Assembly: GCA_011391735.1 (NCBI GenBank)
Contig: JAABPY010000115.1
Location: 1,291-65,290, forward strand
From: Sulfuricurvum sp.
Lineage (GTDB): Bacteria > Campylobacterota > Campylobacteria > Campylobacterales > Sulfurimonadaceae
Direction of reading: 5' to 3'
Length of the DNA: 64,000 nucleotides
Shown here piece by piece: positions 32,246-42,092 of this stretch (position 1 is the stretch's first letter; every line of letters starts with the position of its first letter). A model generated the notes under the pieces. The model searched no databases. It worked only from the letters and a program-made list of their open reading frames with translations, and had not been told where the DNA came from. The translations under genes were made by a program, and so were the position numbers.

Positions 32246-32318
32246 GGACGAATCGCTCCTAAAAGTAGGGTAATAGATGTGTTATACTACCACAAATAAA
32301 ATTAACAATGGATATAGC

Positions 32319-32879
32319 ATGGGTCTCAAAAGTGATGGATGGATTCGAAAAATGGCACTTGAAGAGGGGATGATTTCTCCGTTTTGTGAAGATCAAGTAG
32401 GGGTAGGAGTCGTCAGCTACGGGCTTAGTTCGTATGGATATGATATACGGGTAACCGATGAGTTTAAGATTTTCACCAATCTCAACTCCACCGTTGTTGA
32501 CCCCAAACATTTTGATGATATGAACGTGGTGGATTTCAAAGGGGATGTGTGTATCGTCCCTCCCAACTCCTTTGCACTAGCACGAACAGTTGAGTATTTT
32601 AAAATTCCTCGTGATGTTTTAGCGATATGTTTGGGGAAATCAACCTATGCACGTTGCGGTATTATTGTTAATGTCACCCCGTTTGAACCAGAGTTTGAAG
32701 GGCATATCACCATCGAAATTTCCAATACGACTCCGTTGCCTGCCAAAATTTATGCCAACGAAGGGATTGCACAAGTGCTCTTTTTGCAAGGGGATGAGAT
32801 GTGTGAAACAAGTTATAAAGATAAAAGTGGTAAGTACCAAGGGCAAGAGGGGATCACTCTTCCACGTATTTTAAAATAA
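32319..32879 (+). CDS. dcd: dCTP deaminase
   Basis: [19 protein letters not shown]; start placed at MGLKSD. Confidence 0.95.
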   Translation: MGLKSDGWIRKMALEEGMISPFCEDQVGVGVVSYGLSSYGYDIRVTDEFKIFTNLNSTVVDPKHFDDMNVVDFKGDVCIVPPNSFALARTVEYFKIPRDVLAICLGKSTYARCGIIVNVTPFEPEFEGHITIEISNTTPLPAKIYANEGIAQVLFLQGDEMCETSYKDKSGKYQGQEGITLPRILK

Positions 32880-32928
32880 AAAGTGGTAAAATCACTTTAA
32901 ATTTATTTCAAGCCTTTAAGGAGCACCT

Positions 32929-33165
32929 ATGTTACATGAATACCGTGATGTTATTACCCATATGAAAGAGAATAATGCGGCAAACGCCCATTTCTTAAAA
33001 ATCTTTGATCGCCATAATGATCTTGATGATCAAATTACCAAAGCTGAAAATGGTGACGTTCCTATGACAGATATGGAACTCGAAGTTCTTAAAAAAGAAA
33101 AACTCCATCTTAAAGATGAAGCGTATGCAATGATTATTGACTACAAAAAGACTCACGCTCTTTAA
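32929..33165 (+). CDS. YdcH/DUF465 family protein
   Basis: MLHEYRDVI...HF.KIFDRHNDLDDQI...LKKEKLHLKDE. Confidence 0.85.
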   Translation: MLHEYRDVITHMKENNAANAHFLKIFDRHNDLDDQITKAENGDVPMTDMELEVLKKEKLHLKDEAYAMIIDYKKTHAL

Positions 33166-33366
33166 TTTAATTATTTCCTACTTCCCAATTCGATTGGGGA
33201 GAAGGGATAACATGGTTATTACTACTAAACGCTATTAATGCTAGTGCCATGAGTAGCTTGCTAAGACAATCTCCCCAACTTCTTTTTATTCTAAACGATG
33301 TATCGTAAAGAAATACACTGTTTTAATCCACATTTGAGTACAATTATCCAAAAAAAGTAGGTCGCC

Positions 33367-34725
33367 ATGGGTCTCTTCACCACCAAAATTCCAAAAATGG
33401 AAGGCTCCGGACTTGCCCGTCACCTCAATCTCCTTGATGTCTCCTTTATCGGTGTCGGGGCGATCATCGGGGCAGGTATTTTCGTCATTACAGGACAAGC
33501 AGCCGCAACGACGGCAGGTCCTGCTATCGTCCTCTCGTTTCTTATTGGTGCCGTGGCTATTGGTATCACCGCCTTGATTTATGCAGAGATGAGCTCCATC
33601 TATCCCGTTTCAGGAAGTGCCTACAACTACACCTATGCAACCTTGGGTGAATTTTTCGCATGGCTTGTGGGGTGGAATTTATTGTTGGAATATGGCGTTG
33701 CTACCAGTGCCGTCGCTACGGGGTGGTCGGGGTATTTTCGTACCTTTATCGAGACGAATTTTCATCTGCATCTCCCCACGGCACTCAGTGGTGCCTACAA
33801 TCCTGCTGCGGGAACCTACATCGATATTAGTGCCTTTGGGGTGATTGCGATCATTTTTGCCCTCCTTGCACTGGGGATCAAAGAGAGTGCTCGGGTCAAT
33901 AATATCGTCGTTTATATCAAAATCATCGTCCTCTCTATCTTCGTCATTGTCGGATTGCAACACTTCGATATCAATAATATTCGTAATTTTTTCCCTTTTG
34001 GTTGGCAAGGGGTATGGCATGCGACGAGTCTTATTATCTTCGCTTATCTTGGATTTGATGCCATAAGTACCGTCGCCGAAGAGACGAAAGATCCTACAAA
34101 AACAATCCCCAAAGCATTGATGCTTGCCTTGGCATTTTCGACGATGTTTTTTATCCTTGTAAGCTTCACCCTCACCTCAATGGTTAGCTACAAAGAGCTC
34201 GCCGTCCCTCACGCCCTTGCGTTTGCTATGATGAAAGTGGATGAGCCCTTTGTTGCTAGTATCATCGCCCTTGGTGCTGTCCTTACTATCACCACCGTTA
34301 TGCTCGTTATGGGACTTGGATTTACCCGTGTCGCCTTTGCCCTCTCCCGTGATGGATTTTTGCCCAAACAGCTCTGCGCAATAAATCCTAGAACGAATAC
34401 CCCTTTTAAGCTCACCTTGTACGGGGGACTCTTTCTTGCAAGTTTGGCAGGATTCTTCCCTCTCAAAGTATTGGCAGAGTTGGTTAATATCGGTACCCTC
34501 TTTGCCTATTTTGTTGTCGCCATTGCTATTGTGATGTTGCGTAAAAAAGGTCTAGTAGGAAGTTTTCGTCTCCCCATGTTTTGGGTTCTTATTCCATTGA
34601 ATTTTGCACTATTGATTTTTATTATGGCAGGGCTTGAGGTGCATACGTGGATACGGTTTGGAATTTGGAGTAGTATTGGGATAGGTATTTACTTTTTGAT
34701 GCGTCACCGCTTGAGTGCCGCATAG
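33367..34725 (+). CDS. APC-family amino acid permease
   Basis: GAIIGAGIF, YAEM, SGSAYNY, AYLGFD..ST.AEE. Confidence 0.93.
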   Translation: MGLFTTKIPKMEGSGLARHLNLLDVSFIGVGAIIGAGIFVITGQAAATTAGPAIVLSFLIGAVAIGITALIYAEMSSIYPVSGSAYNYTYATLGEFFAWLVGWNLLLEYGVATSAVATGWSGYFRTFIETNFHLHLPTALSGAYNPAAGTYIDISAFGVIAIIFALLALGIKESARVNNIVVYIKIIVLSIFVIVGLQHFDINNIRNFFPFGWQGVWHATSLIIFAYLGFDAISTVAEETKDPTKTIPKALMLALAFSTMFFILVSFTLTSMVSYKELAVPHALAFAMMKVDEPFVASIIALGAVLTITTVMLVMGLGFTRVAFALSRDGFLPKQLCAINPRTNTPFKLTLYGGLFLASLAGFFPLKVLAELVNIGTLFAYFVVAIAIVMLRKKGLVGSFRLPMFWVLIPLNFALLIFIMAGLEVHTWIRFGIWSSIGIGIYFLMRHRLSAA

Positions 34726-34738
34726 GAAAACGAAAGGG

Positions 34739-34948
34739 TTACCCTCGAGGGGAGATGGTAATCGTATAGTTTCCTGCCATTTGGGTCAGGACAAACTGAT
34801 GTTTTTTGCAGTAATTTTTCTCCATGCGCTCTAACAATCGTTGCGCCTCCTCTTTGGCATCGCTACTGGTACTAAATTGTTGCTGTTCTACCCCACCATC
34901 TCGCATAAAACAGCGACATGGATTTTTAACTTCCACTCTATATCCCAT
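34739..34948 (-). CDS. Small Cys/His-containing hypothetical protein
   Basis: 69 aa with CRCF and YCKKH; AGGAGG RBS; last gene of the che operon. Confidence 0.7.
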   Translation of the reverse strand: MGYRVEVKNPCRCFMRDGGVEQQQFSTSSDAKEEAQRLLERMEKNYCKKHQFVLTQMAGNYTITISPRG

Positions 34949-34957
34949 TCTAACCTC

Positions 34958-36274
34958 CTAAAAATCGAAAATATCGTCCAAATTCTCTTCACCACTTGCA
35001 ACGTGTTCATCCATGCTCAAAATAGACTCAATCATTTGGGCATTGGCAATAATGGTATCATCCATATAATTAACACAGCTTGCCCCTTCGACAAAAATAA
35101 GACGAATCCAACTATTGAGATCCCGTCCAAATGCAGCACACATTGGAGCAATATTATGCGATTTTTCCATAAAAATAGGAATATGCGTGCTAATACTGTT
35201 TCCCATCGAAGCGAGAGCTTGTCCTATTTGATAACTATCGGTATACCCTGTTGCGATGCGGCTAATATACTGAAGATCATACACAATCTCTTCCACTTCA
35301 TGTGGGTCAATCTCTCCACCAACAACGAGCATAAGAGAATTCAGTTTTCCAACATACTCCCTTAACTCTTCCAAGTCATCCTCATCCATATAATCGTAAA
35401 CATTCAGAATTGTTGCCTCAGGAAGAACCTCTTGAGGGGCAACATAAGCAGCTGCAACAAAAACAGGCTCACTTTTAGTTTCAACAATCTCGTTCTTAGA
35501 GAGTTTGCTAGGGCGAGGTATCTGAACAGACAATTTTTCTTGGGTGAGCTTATAATCCGTTACATCTGAATTTTTAAGTAAAAGAAGCTTAAGAATATTG
35601 GGTTTAATCCCCCCAAGCCCAACCATTGTCATATACAAATAATTATCCGAATCTTCCACAATAACCTGAATATTTATCCCTAACTTAATCCCAACCGATC
35701 CGATTGCATAACAAGTACGCACCGTAGCACTTAGAACTTCACTTCCCCCTCCTTGATCAAGGAGATAATATTCCCAAAACTCTGCCAACTCATCATCATT
35801 TCGAATATAAAAAAGAAGTTTTCGACTAAAAGTCTCCTGCGTAAATAAATTGGCAGGACTGGGATTAAATCGTTTATGAACACCGCTACGAGAATCAATC
35901 AGTGCGAAATAATTCTCCAAACGGGCATTAAAAATATTCACATCAACAGGTTTGGCGAGATAATCTTCCGCCCCGTTGGTCAATATCTCTTTTTGTAACG
36001 AACCATCATCAATCGCCGATACAGCAATAATCATTACTTTTGGGTCGTTTCGACGAATTCTCTTTGTTGCCTCGATCCCGTCCATAACAGGCATCATAAC
36101 GTCCATAAAAATAAGATCAAAAGAATCACTATTAGCAAGAGAACAGGCTTCTACTCCATTCACTGCTTCCGAAATAGTAAAACTTACTCCATTTGTTCTG
36201 CCATACTCTTCTAGCAACACATGCAATAACATTCGATTACTTTCGTTATCATCAACAATCAGTATTTTTTTCAT
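34958..36274 (-). CDS. Response regulator (REC plus uncharacterised C-terminal domains)
   Basis: ILIVDD, FMDVMMPVMDG, KP; no DNA-binding or enzymatic output recognised. Confidence 0.85.
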   Translation of the reverse strand: MKKILIVDDNESNRMLLHVLLEEYGRTNGVSFTISEAVNGVEACSLANSDSFDLIFMDVMMPVMDGIEATKRIRRNDPKVMIIAVSAIDDGSLQKEILTNGAEDYLAKPVDVNIFNARLENYFALIDSRSGVHKRFNPSPANLFTQETFSRKLLFYIRNDDELAEFWEYYLLDQGGGSEVLSATVRTCYAIGSVGIKLGINIQVIVEDSDNYLYMTMVGLGGIKPNILKLLLLKNSDVTDYKLTQEKLSVQIPRPSKLSKNEIVETKSEPVFVAAAYVAPQEVLPEATILNVYDYMDEDDLEELREYVGKLNSLMLVVGGEIDPHEVEEIVYDLQYISRIATGYTDSYQIGQALASMGNSISTHIPIFMEKSHNIAPMCAAFGRDLNSWIRLIFVEGASCVNYMDDTIIANAQMIESILSMDEHVASGEENLDDIFDF

Positions 36275-36309
36275 TCTTTCACTGCTTCTTTCATTTTATT
36301 ATCCATTTA

Positions 36310-37050
36310 TTATAACCTCGTTAAGAGTTCTTCAACAAAACGGCGGTAATCTTTAATCCCCCGTGAACGCTCTTCATCATTAACAATAGGGTTACCCCCC
36401 TCAAACTGATTGGAAAGTTTTACATCGATCCCAATAGGGGTAAAAAGTTTTTCCTTTCCAAACTGTATTTTAATTTTACCAATGGCATCACGGTGTTCTG
36501 GGATGTGTGCGTTGACCATGACAGGGAGTATTCCAACATTGGGGGTGCTTTGACCATTAAACGATGCATTTTGATAAATTGCTCTCATCATTTGCCCTAC
36601 AGCAACAACACCCAAATGGTGGGGGACAAAAGGGATGACAACAGCATCGGCAACCTCAAGTGCATTTTTAAGGAGCGCATCAAAGGTTGGAGGGGTATCA
36701 ATTACAACATAATCAAAAAACTCATGAATACGCTCTCCATAAAATCGATTTCTAAGGATTCCTCTTAGATCTCCATTATCATAGACATCAAAAAACTCCG
36801 TCGCAGGGGAGAGAGTGAGCTGTTCATATACCGTTGGGACAAATGTCTCACTCAGTGTTTTCCCAAAAAAGATAGAGTGCGCTCCATTGTCCAACGATGC
36901 ACAAGACCCAACCCCCATAGAGGCATGGGCTTGTGTATCCAAATCAATCAATAACACTGATCCTATACGTGCCAATTCACATGCAAGATTAACGGCTGTG
37001 GTCGTTTTTGCCGATCCCCCTTTACGATTACTCACTACAATAGTTTTCAT
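36310..37050 (-). CDS. ParA-family ATPase (chemosensory array positioning type)
   Basis: NRKGGSAKTT, IDLDTQ, IDTPP; within the che operon. Confidence 0.88.
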   Translation of the reverse strand: MKTIVVSNRKGGSAKTTTAVNLACELARIGSVLLIDLDTQAHASMGVGSCASLDNGAHSIFFGKTLSETFVPTVYEQLTLSPATEFFDVYDNGDLRGILRNRFYGERIHEFFDYVVIDTPPTFDALLKNALEVADAVVIPFVPHHLGVVAVGQMMRAIYQNASFNGQSTPNVGILPVMVNAHIPEHRDAIGKIKIQFGKEKLFTPIGIDVKLSNQFEGGNPIVNDEERSRGIKDYRRFVEELLTRL

Positions 37051-37059
37051 AGTACTTCT

Positions 37060-37329
37060 TTAGGCACAATGCTCATTTCCAATATCAAACCCCTCACACA
37101 CTTTTTGATAAAGCTTGACCTCAGAGCCAAAATTGTACTCAACACCGTACAATTTTTGATAGGCAAATATTAGTTGTAAGAGACCCAAGTGAATATCATC
37201 ACATTCACTAAAATCAAACACGACAGGCGAAGGAGAAGAAACTTGTAAATAATCGCGCAACCCCCCTATCTCATCCTCATAAATAATCCCACTTAATGTT
37301 ACTTTGCTATTTTCCATTACCATAGACAT
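37060..37329 (-). CDS. STAS-like small protein
   Basis: VTLSG...VVFDFSECDDIHLGLLQLI pattern. Confidence 0.6.
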   Translation of the reverse strand: MSMVMENSKVTLSGIIYEDEIGGLRDYLQVSSPSPVVFDFSECDDIHLGLLQLIFAYQKLYGVEYNFGSEVKLYQKVCEGFDIGNEHCA

Positions 37330-37331
37330 TT

Positions 37332-38105
37332 TTATTCCTTTACCGGCATAGATACCGACTTAATGACATTGACCAACCGAGAGGAGAGTTCTATCACTCC
37401 ATCAAGCTCCACAAAAAGATTCTCATTATCATATCGGTCTAAATGTTTCAACATAGAGGGATCCAAGCTCACAATGTCTTCGATTTTATCGACTTTAATT
37501 CCAAAATACTCATTATCTCTTTGATAAATCAGTAATTTTTGCATTTGACTTGAAATGCCCGAACTCATCTTTATCATCTCATCAAGCTTAGAACTCGTAA
37601 AATCAAACATTTCTCCAATCTCACGATGGCATGTTGCGACTACTTCTTCAAGCTTCTCCTCTCTAGCATCGAGAAGCTCTTTCCCTTTTTCGTGGAGTTT
37701 AGCATGTATAGGACGAAGAATTCTAAGAATCTCTAGTACCTTTGGATCATGGGTACTGTAGCTATCGAGCCATTTTCCAAATCGGCACGCATGAGGGTTC
37801 AGGGTTAGGGTAAACTCCTCTTTGTTTTCAAGGGCACGAGAGAGTGTTGTGACCCAAATCTTATGGTCCTCTTTGGATTGGATAAAAAATGTCTCAATCT
37901 CTTCTTCATAAGGTTTCAACGCCATCATTTGACGAAAATTAACCACCTTACTCACCTTATTCTCATACGACATCATCCCCTCAATAAAAGGGTGAGAATT
38001 GGGAATGGGGGTAATAGCGGGAACTTGAATAATCCGCTGAATTGAGGCTACTTGGAGGGCATAGTAATTATCACCCACCGTAAAAATTATATAGTCATTC
38101 ACCAA
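37332..38105 (-). CDS. cheW: CheW protein with inserted CZB domain
   Basis: CheW N-half (ITPIPNSHPFIEGMM), CZB (DH..W, HACRFGKW, HAKLH), CheW C-half (FGIKVDKIEDI). Confidence 0.82.
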   Translation of the reverse strand: MVNDYIIFTVGDNYYALQVASIQRIIQVPAITPIPNSHPFIEGMMSYENKVSKVVNFRQMMALKPYEEEIETFFIQSKEDHKIWVTTLSRALENKEEFTLTLNPHACRFGKWLDSYSTHDPKVLEILRILRPIHAKLHEKGKELLDAREEKLEEVVATCHREIGEMFDFTSSKLDEMIKMSSGISSQMQKLLIYQRDNEYFGIKVDKIEDIVSLDPSMLKHLDRYDNENLFVELDGVIELSSRLVNVIKSVSMPVKE

Positions 38106-38116
38106 AAATCCTTTAT

Positions 38117-40921
38117 TTAGCTCGCACGAATATGCTCATCACACAGGACATGAGAAATTCCTAAAATCCCCAACGGATCAATTGCCATAATAATCTGACC
38201 ATTTCCCAACAAAGCTGTACCACTGAAAATAGGGTGGTGCTCCATAATACCCTCAAGAGGTTTTTGAACAACATCCAACTGCCCTAGCAAATCGTTAACC
38301 ACAACAGCAAGGAGATTACCTTTAATGTTCAATACGACAATAGGAAGCGCTTTGTTTTCAAGGGCTTTTTCATCCAGCATCCCTTTTGCAAATAAAATAG
38401 GGATCACTTCACCGCGCAAATAGATAAATGGCTCATTTTGGAGATACTCAATTTTTGATGCTTCAATTTTCACCGTCTCCGAGACACTGTCCATAGGGAA
38501 TCCATAGTGAACGCCGCTCATCATCACATGCAAAAGCGATGTGACTGCAAGAGATACGGGGATAGAGAGATAGATGGTTGTCCCCCTATTGAAGAATGTC
38601 TTGATACGAATCGTCCCCCCAAACCCTTCAATCGATTTACGAACCACATCCATCCCAACACCACGACCACTGTATTCACTGATCGTCTCTGCTGTAGAGA
38701 GCCCTGGAAGCATTACTAACTCCGCTTTTTGCTCATCACTCATCCCCTCAATTTGTTCAAGAGTTAATAACTCTTTTTCCAATACTTTTTGGACAACACG
38801 ATCAATATTAATCCCCGCACCATCATCGTTGATTTCGATAATAATCTTATCACTTTGAGGATACGCTTTAAGGGTAATCAATCCATCAGGATTTTTCCCT
38901 TTCTGAGCTCGAATATCGGGGAGCTCGATGCCGTGGTCGAGAGAATTTCGCATAATATGGATCATAGGATCTGCCAGCATCTCGATCATATTTTTATCCA
39001 AAGTCGTTTCTCCCCCCTCCATCGTCAAAATAACCCGTTTATTGAGGTTTTTAGAAATATCACGAACTAGCTTAGGGTAACGGTCAAAAACATACGAAAT
39101 AGGGAGCATCCGCATCGACATAATGAGGTCTTGAAGCTGTTCGGTGAGGCGGTTGATAAAGGTATATTTCTCCATAATCGCCCGTTTTACCCCTTCATGG
39201 CTCATCGAATGCACGCCATCAGCCAAATACGGAAGGGAATTTTTAGCCACCAATAGCTCCCCTACGACATTCATCAAATGATCGATAGACTCTTGTTCGA
39301 TTTTAACCGTTTTGCCGATAACACTTTTTTTAATACCACCACTATGAAGTTCCGACTCCCCTTTTACCTCTTGGTGGGGGGAAGTAGCTACATTTTTATT
39401 ACTTGGTGATACCGATGGACTTGACACATTGGAGGGTTCTATCACCTCCATTTTTTGGGGAGTAGGGATCACAGGTAGGGATACAACAGAGCTAAAGGGG
39501 GGGGTAGAAGCCTCGTGTACATCGACCTCTTTTTTTGATGCGGATTGAACCTCTAGTCCCAGTTCCTGTCGCAACCACGTCATCATCGTCTCTTTGGAAT
39601 TAAACTCCGAGGGCATCGTCTTGTAATACGCCCGAAGATTATTATCAAGCAACCCTCTAACACGATTGGTAACATCCTCTTCATCGAGCCATTCAAGTGC
39701 TTGAAGTTGTTGTTTCAAAATCAATTGAAGCCGTTCTTGAGCATTACGATCAAGCGTTACCTCCAAACAACCCCCTTCTTGAACCTCTTCTTGAGCCATT
39801 TTTTCGATGTGCGTCGTCGCTACCTCCTCGTCACAAAACATCGGATCGTAAACATAGACACCCCCTTGAGGTAACTGTCCCAAAAAGGATTTTAAATAAC
39901 CAAGATCACTTTTTTCAACCATACCAACAATATCCACTAGACGATGAAGCTGTGCACTTTGAAGGGTGTCTTTTCCAATAAGGGGCAATGTGTTGGTGAT
40001 TTTTTGAACCATTGCAGCTGTGTTTTTTTTATCGATTTCAGTCGTACATTCAAAAGTAAGCTCTTTAAGAAGGTCAAGGATATGTCCACTCTCCCCTTCC
40101 TTAATGGTCAACAACGTGACAATATCAAGAGGATAAAAAGTCAACTCATCAACAAAGTTGAACAGTGCATCGCTAATCTCTTCGTAGGTAGCATAAATAA
40201 ACGCCGTCATACTCAATTTCAGCAATAACCCATCTGGATCATCTAACCCTGAAAGCAATGACTTAGCACTGTTCTCAGACATACACGAATAGACGCCAAC
40301 TACTTTGTCTCCCAAAAGCGAAAGGGTATACACAGGATCATTTCCATACACCATACACGATTCATCGATGTCGAGTACAACAGCATAAAGCTGTTCTTTT
40401 AAACAAAATGGTTCATCAATCTCTCCATGTTTAAAAGGGATTGGCTGCGAAAATGTTCGTAAAAAGGACATCGGAAGATTTACAATAGCATCAACATCAC
40501 GGTGCACCCTAAATGGGCAGCTCCACTTTTGCACCTCGATGGTTTTCCCCATTAAGCTACTAAGCTCTTGAGAAATAGCATCGATACGGGATTCATCCGC
40601 TTCAACAATATCCCCACTCTCTTCCGCTGCTTCAATTAGATTTACCACCTCATCAAATGCGTTAAATAAGGATTCAACCATCTCTTCTCTAAAAGCAATC
40701 TTTCCAGCACGGAGCATATCAAGAAGATCTTCCGCATGATGGGTAATGCGCTTAACCGCTTCAAATCCCACAATTCCAGATCCCCCTTTTAGGGTATGTG
40801 CCGCACGAAAGACGGAGTTGAGAAGCTCAGGGTCATCCCCTCCAATTTTATCAATATTTTGATCGATAAAAGCGAGGTTCTCTCTAGCTTCAAGTAAAAA
40901 TTGTTCGAGTAGCGGGTTCAC
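38117..40921 (-). CDS. cheA: Chemotaxis histidine kinase
   Basis: FRAAHTLKG Hpt, HIMRNSLDHGIE, DDGAGI, SGRGVGMDVV, C-terminal CheW-like domain. Confidence 0.96.
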   Translation of the reverse strand: MNPLLEQFLLEARENLAFIDQNIDKIGGDDPELLNSVFRAAHTLKGGSGIVGFEAVKRITHHAEDLLDMLRAGKIAFREEMVESLFNAFDEVVNLIEAAEESGDIVEADESRIDAISQELSSLMGKTIEVQKWSCPFRVHRDVDAIVNLPMSFLRTFSQPIPFKHGEIDEPFCLKEQLYAVVLDIDESCMVYGNDPVYTLSLLGDKVVGVYSCMSENSAKSLLSGLDDPDGLLLKLSMTAFIYATYEEISDALFNFVDELTFYPLDIVTLLTIKEGESGHILDLLKELTFECTTEIDKKNTAAMVQKITNTLPLIGKDTLQSAQLHRLVDIVGMVEKSDLGYLKSFLGQLPQGGVYVYDPMFCDEEVATTHIEKMAQEEVQEGGCLEVTLDRNAQERLQLILKQQLQALEWLDEEDVTNRVRGLLDNNLRAYYKTMPSEFNSKETMMTWLRQELGLEVQSASKKEVDVHEASTPPFSSVVSLPVIPTPQKMEVIEPSNVSSPSVSPSNKNVATSPHQEVKGESELHSGGIKKSVIGKTVKIEQESIDHLMNVVGELLVAKNSLPYLADGVHSMSHEGVKRAIMEKYTFINRLTEQLQDLIMSMRMLPISYVFDRYPKLVRDISKNLNKRVILTMEGGETTLDKNMIEMLADPMIHIMRNSLDHGIELPDIRAQKGKNPDGLITLKAYPQSDKIIIEINDDGAGINIDRVVQKVLEKELLTLEQIEGMSDEQKAELVMLPGLSTAETISEYSGRGVGMDVVRKSIEGFGGTIRIKTFFNRGTTIYLSIPVSLAVTSLLHVMMSGVHYGFPMDSVSETVKIEASKIEYLQNEPFIYLRGEVIPILFAKGMLDEKALENKALPIVVLNIKGNLLAVVVNDLLGQLDVVQKPLEGIMEHHPIFSGTALLGNGQIIMAIDPLGILGISHVLCDEHIRAS

Positions 40922-40972
40922 ATTGTCTCCTTTATATACACCGATGAAGTAAAGCTTGTTGTTTTATTATCA

Positions 40973-41338
40973 TTAAATTTTGAGCAATAACTGTAGATAC
41001 CCTTTGAGAACATCTGGCTTAATCGGTTTAGTTTCAAAAAGGTTAGCCCCCATTTTGAACGCCTCAAGCTTATCCGTCGCTTCTTCTTGCGTTGTAATCA
41101 TTATAACAGGGGTCATTTGCTTTTGCGGTTGCTTGCGAAGTTCACTCACAAAAGAGTACCCATCCATTACAGGCATATTCACATCCACAAGATAAAGATC
41201 AATCTCACTACTCAATGTTTTTTCAAGAGCTTCCATCCCATTTTCTGCTTCAATTACCGTGACCCCTAAATCCTTCAGAATTGACCCATGATAACTTCGT
41301 ACCGTTTTTGAATCATCGACTACCATAACCGTTGCCAT
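40973..41338 (-). CDS. cheY: CheY-like single-domain response regulator
   Basis: VVDDS, DVNMPVMDG, KP. Confidence 0.85.
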   Translation of the reverse strand: MATVMVVDDSKTVRSYHGSILKDLGVTVIEAENGMEALEKTLSSEIDLYLVDVNMPVMDGYSFVSELRKQPQKQMTPVIMITTQEEATDKLEAFKMGANLFETKPIKPDVLKGYLQLLLKI

Positions 41339-41348
41339 ACTATTGCTC

Positions 41349-41705
41349 CTAAAAAAACTCTACGCCATCATCATTCTGATGGTGCGTTTTTCCGCCAAAA
41401 GCGGAGTGCTTCTCCCTTGCTCTTTCAAGTATCGAAGTCACGTTATCATCCATTTCATCCAAACGCACCTCTTTGTCATTTAAATGCCCTTGCATTGCTT
41501 CAATTGCTTCCATCGTTGCACCAAGCTGTTGCGCAATAATATCTTGGTATTGCATCACTTCGAGTATCTCATCATCAAGATGAAGAGAGTTTTTTTCAAT
41601 AAATTTCATAAACTGAAGATGCCCCTCCTTCGTCAATCCAACCACTTCAGCTTCTACACTTTTAATATGTTCCAACAATCCATTGAGTGTTTGTAAAGCC
41701 TGCAT
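41349..41705 (-). CDS. Short CheZ-like protein
   Basis: MQYQDIIAQQL resembles the CheZ QD-x3-Q catalytic motif; acidic-aromatic tail DDGVEFF. Confidence 0.6.
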   Translation of the reverse strand: MQALQTLNGLLEHIKSVEAEVVGLTKEGHLQFMKFIEKNSLHLDDEILEVMQYQDIIAQQLGATMEAIEAMQGHLNDKEVRLDEMDDNVTSILERAREKHSAFGGKTHHQNDDGVEFF

Positions 41706-41708
41706 GGG

Positions 41709-42080
41709 TTATGCTAGCCGTAAAACCCGAGCAATTGCTTGCTTAAGTTGCGCAGGATTAAACGGCTTTACAATCCACCCTGTCAATCCAAGTGCTTTTC
41801 CTTGCTGTTTTAGCTCATCTCGAGTCTCTGTTGTCAACATTAACACAGGTGTCCGTCCTGTAGCTGGAAGTTTACGCAATGCTTGCAAAAATTCAAATCC
41901 ATTCATAACGGGCATATTCATATCGGTAATAATCAAATCAGGTATCATCCCCCCTTGAATTTCACGTAACGCATCCGTTGCACTTAAATATTGTTTTACA
42001 TCGATGGGCATTGAATCAGTCACCATCCGTGTAGAGGCAAGAGCTGTTTCAGAATCATCAACAAATATAACTAATGGCAT
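41709..42080 (-). CDS. cheY: CheY response regulator
   Basis: FVDDS, TDMNMPVMNG, MLTTE, GWIVKPF. Confidence 0.9.
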   Translation of the reverse strand: MPLVIFVDDSETALASTRMVTDSMPIDVKQYLSATDALREIQGGMIPDLIITDMNMPVMNGFEFLQALRKLPATGRTPVLMLTTETRDELKQQGKALGLTGWIVKPFNPAQLKQAIARVLRLA

Positions 42081-42092
42081 TTTTTTATTCTC

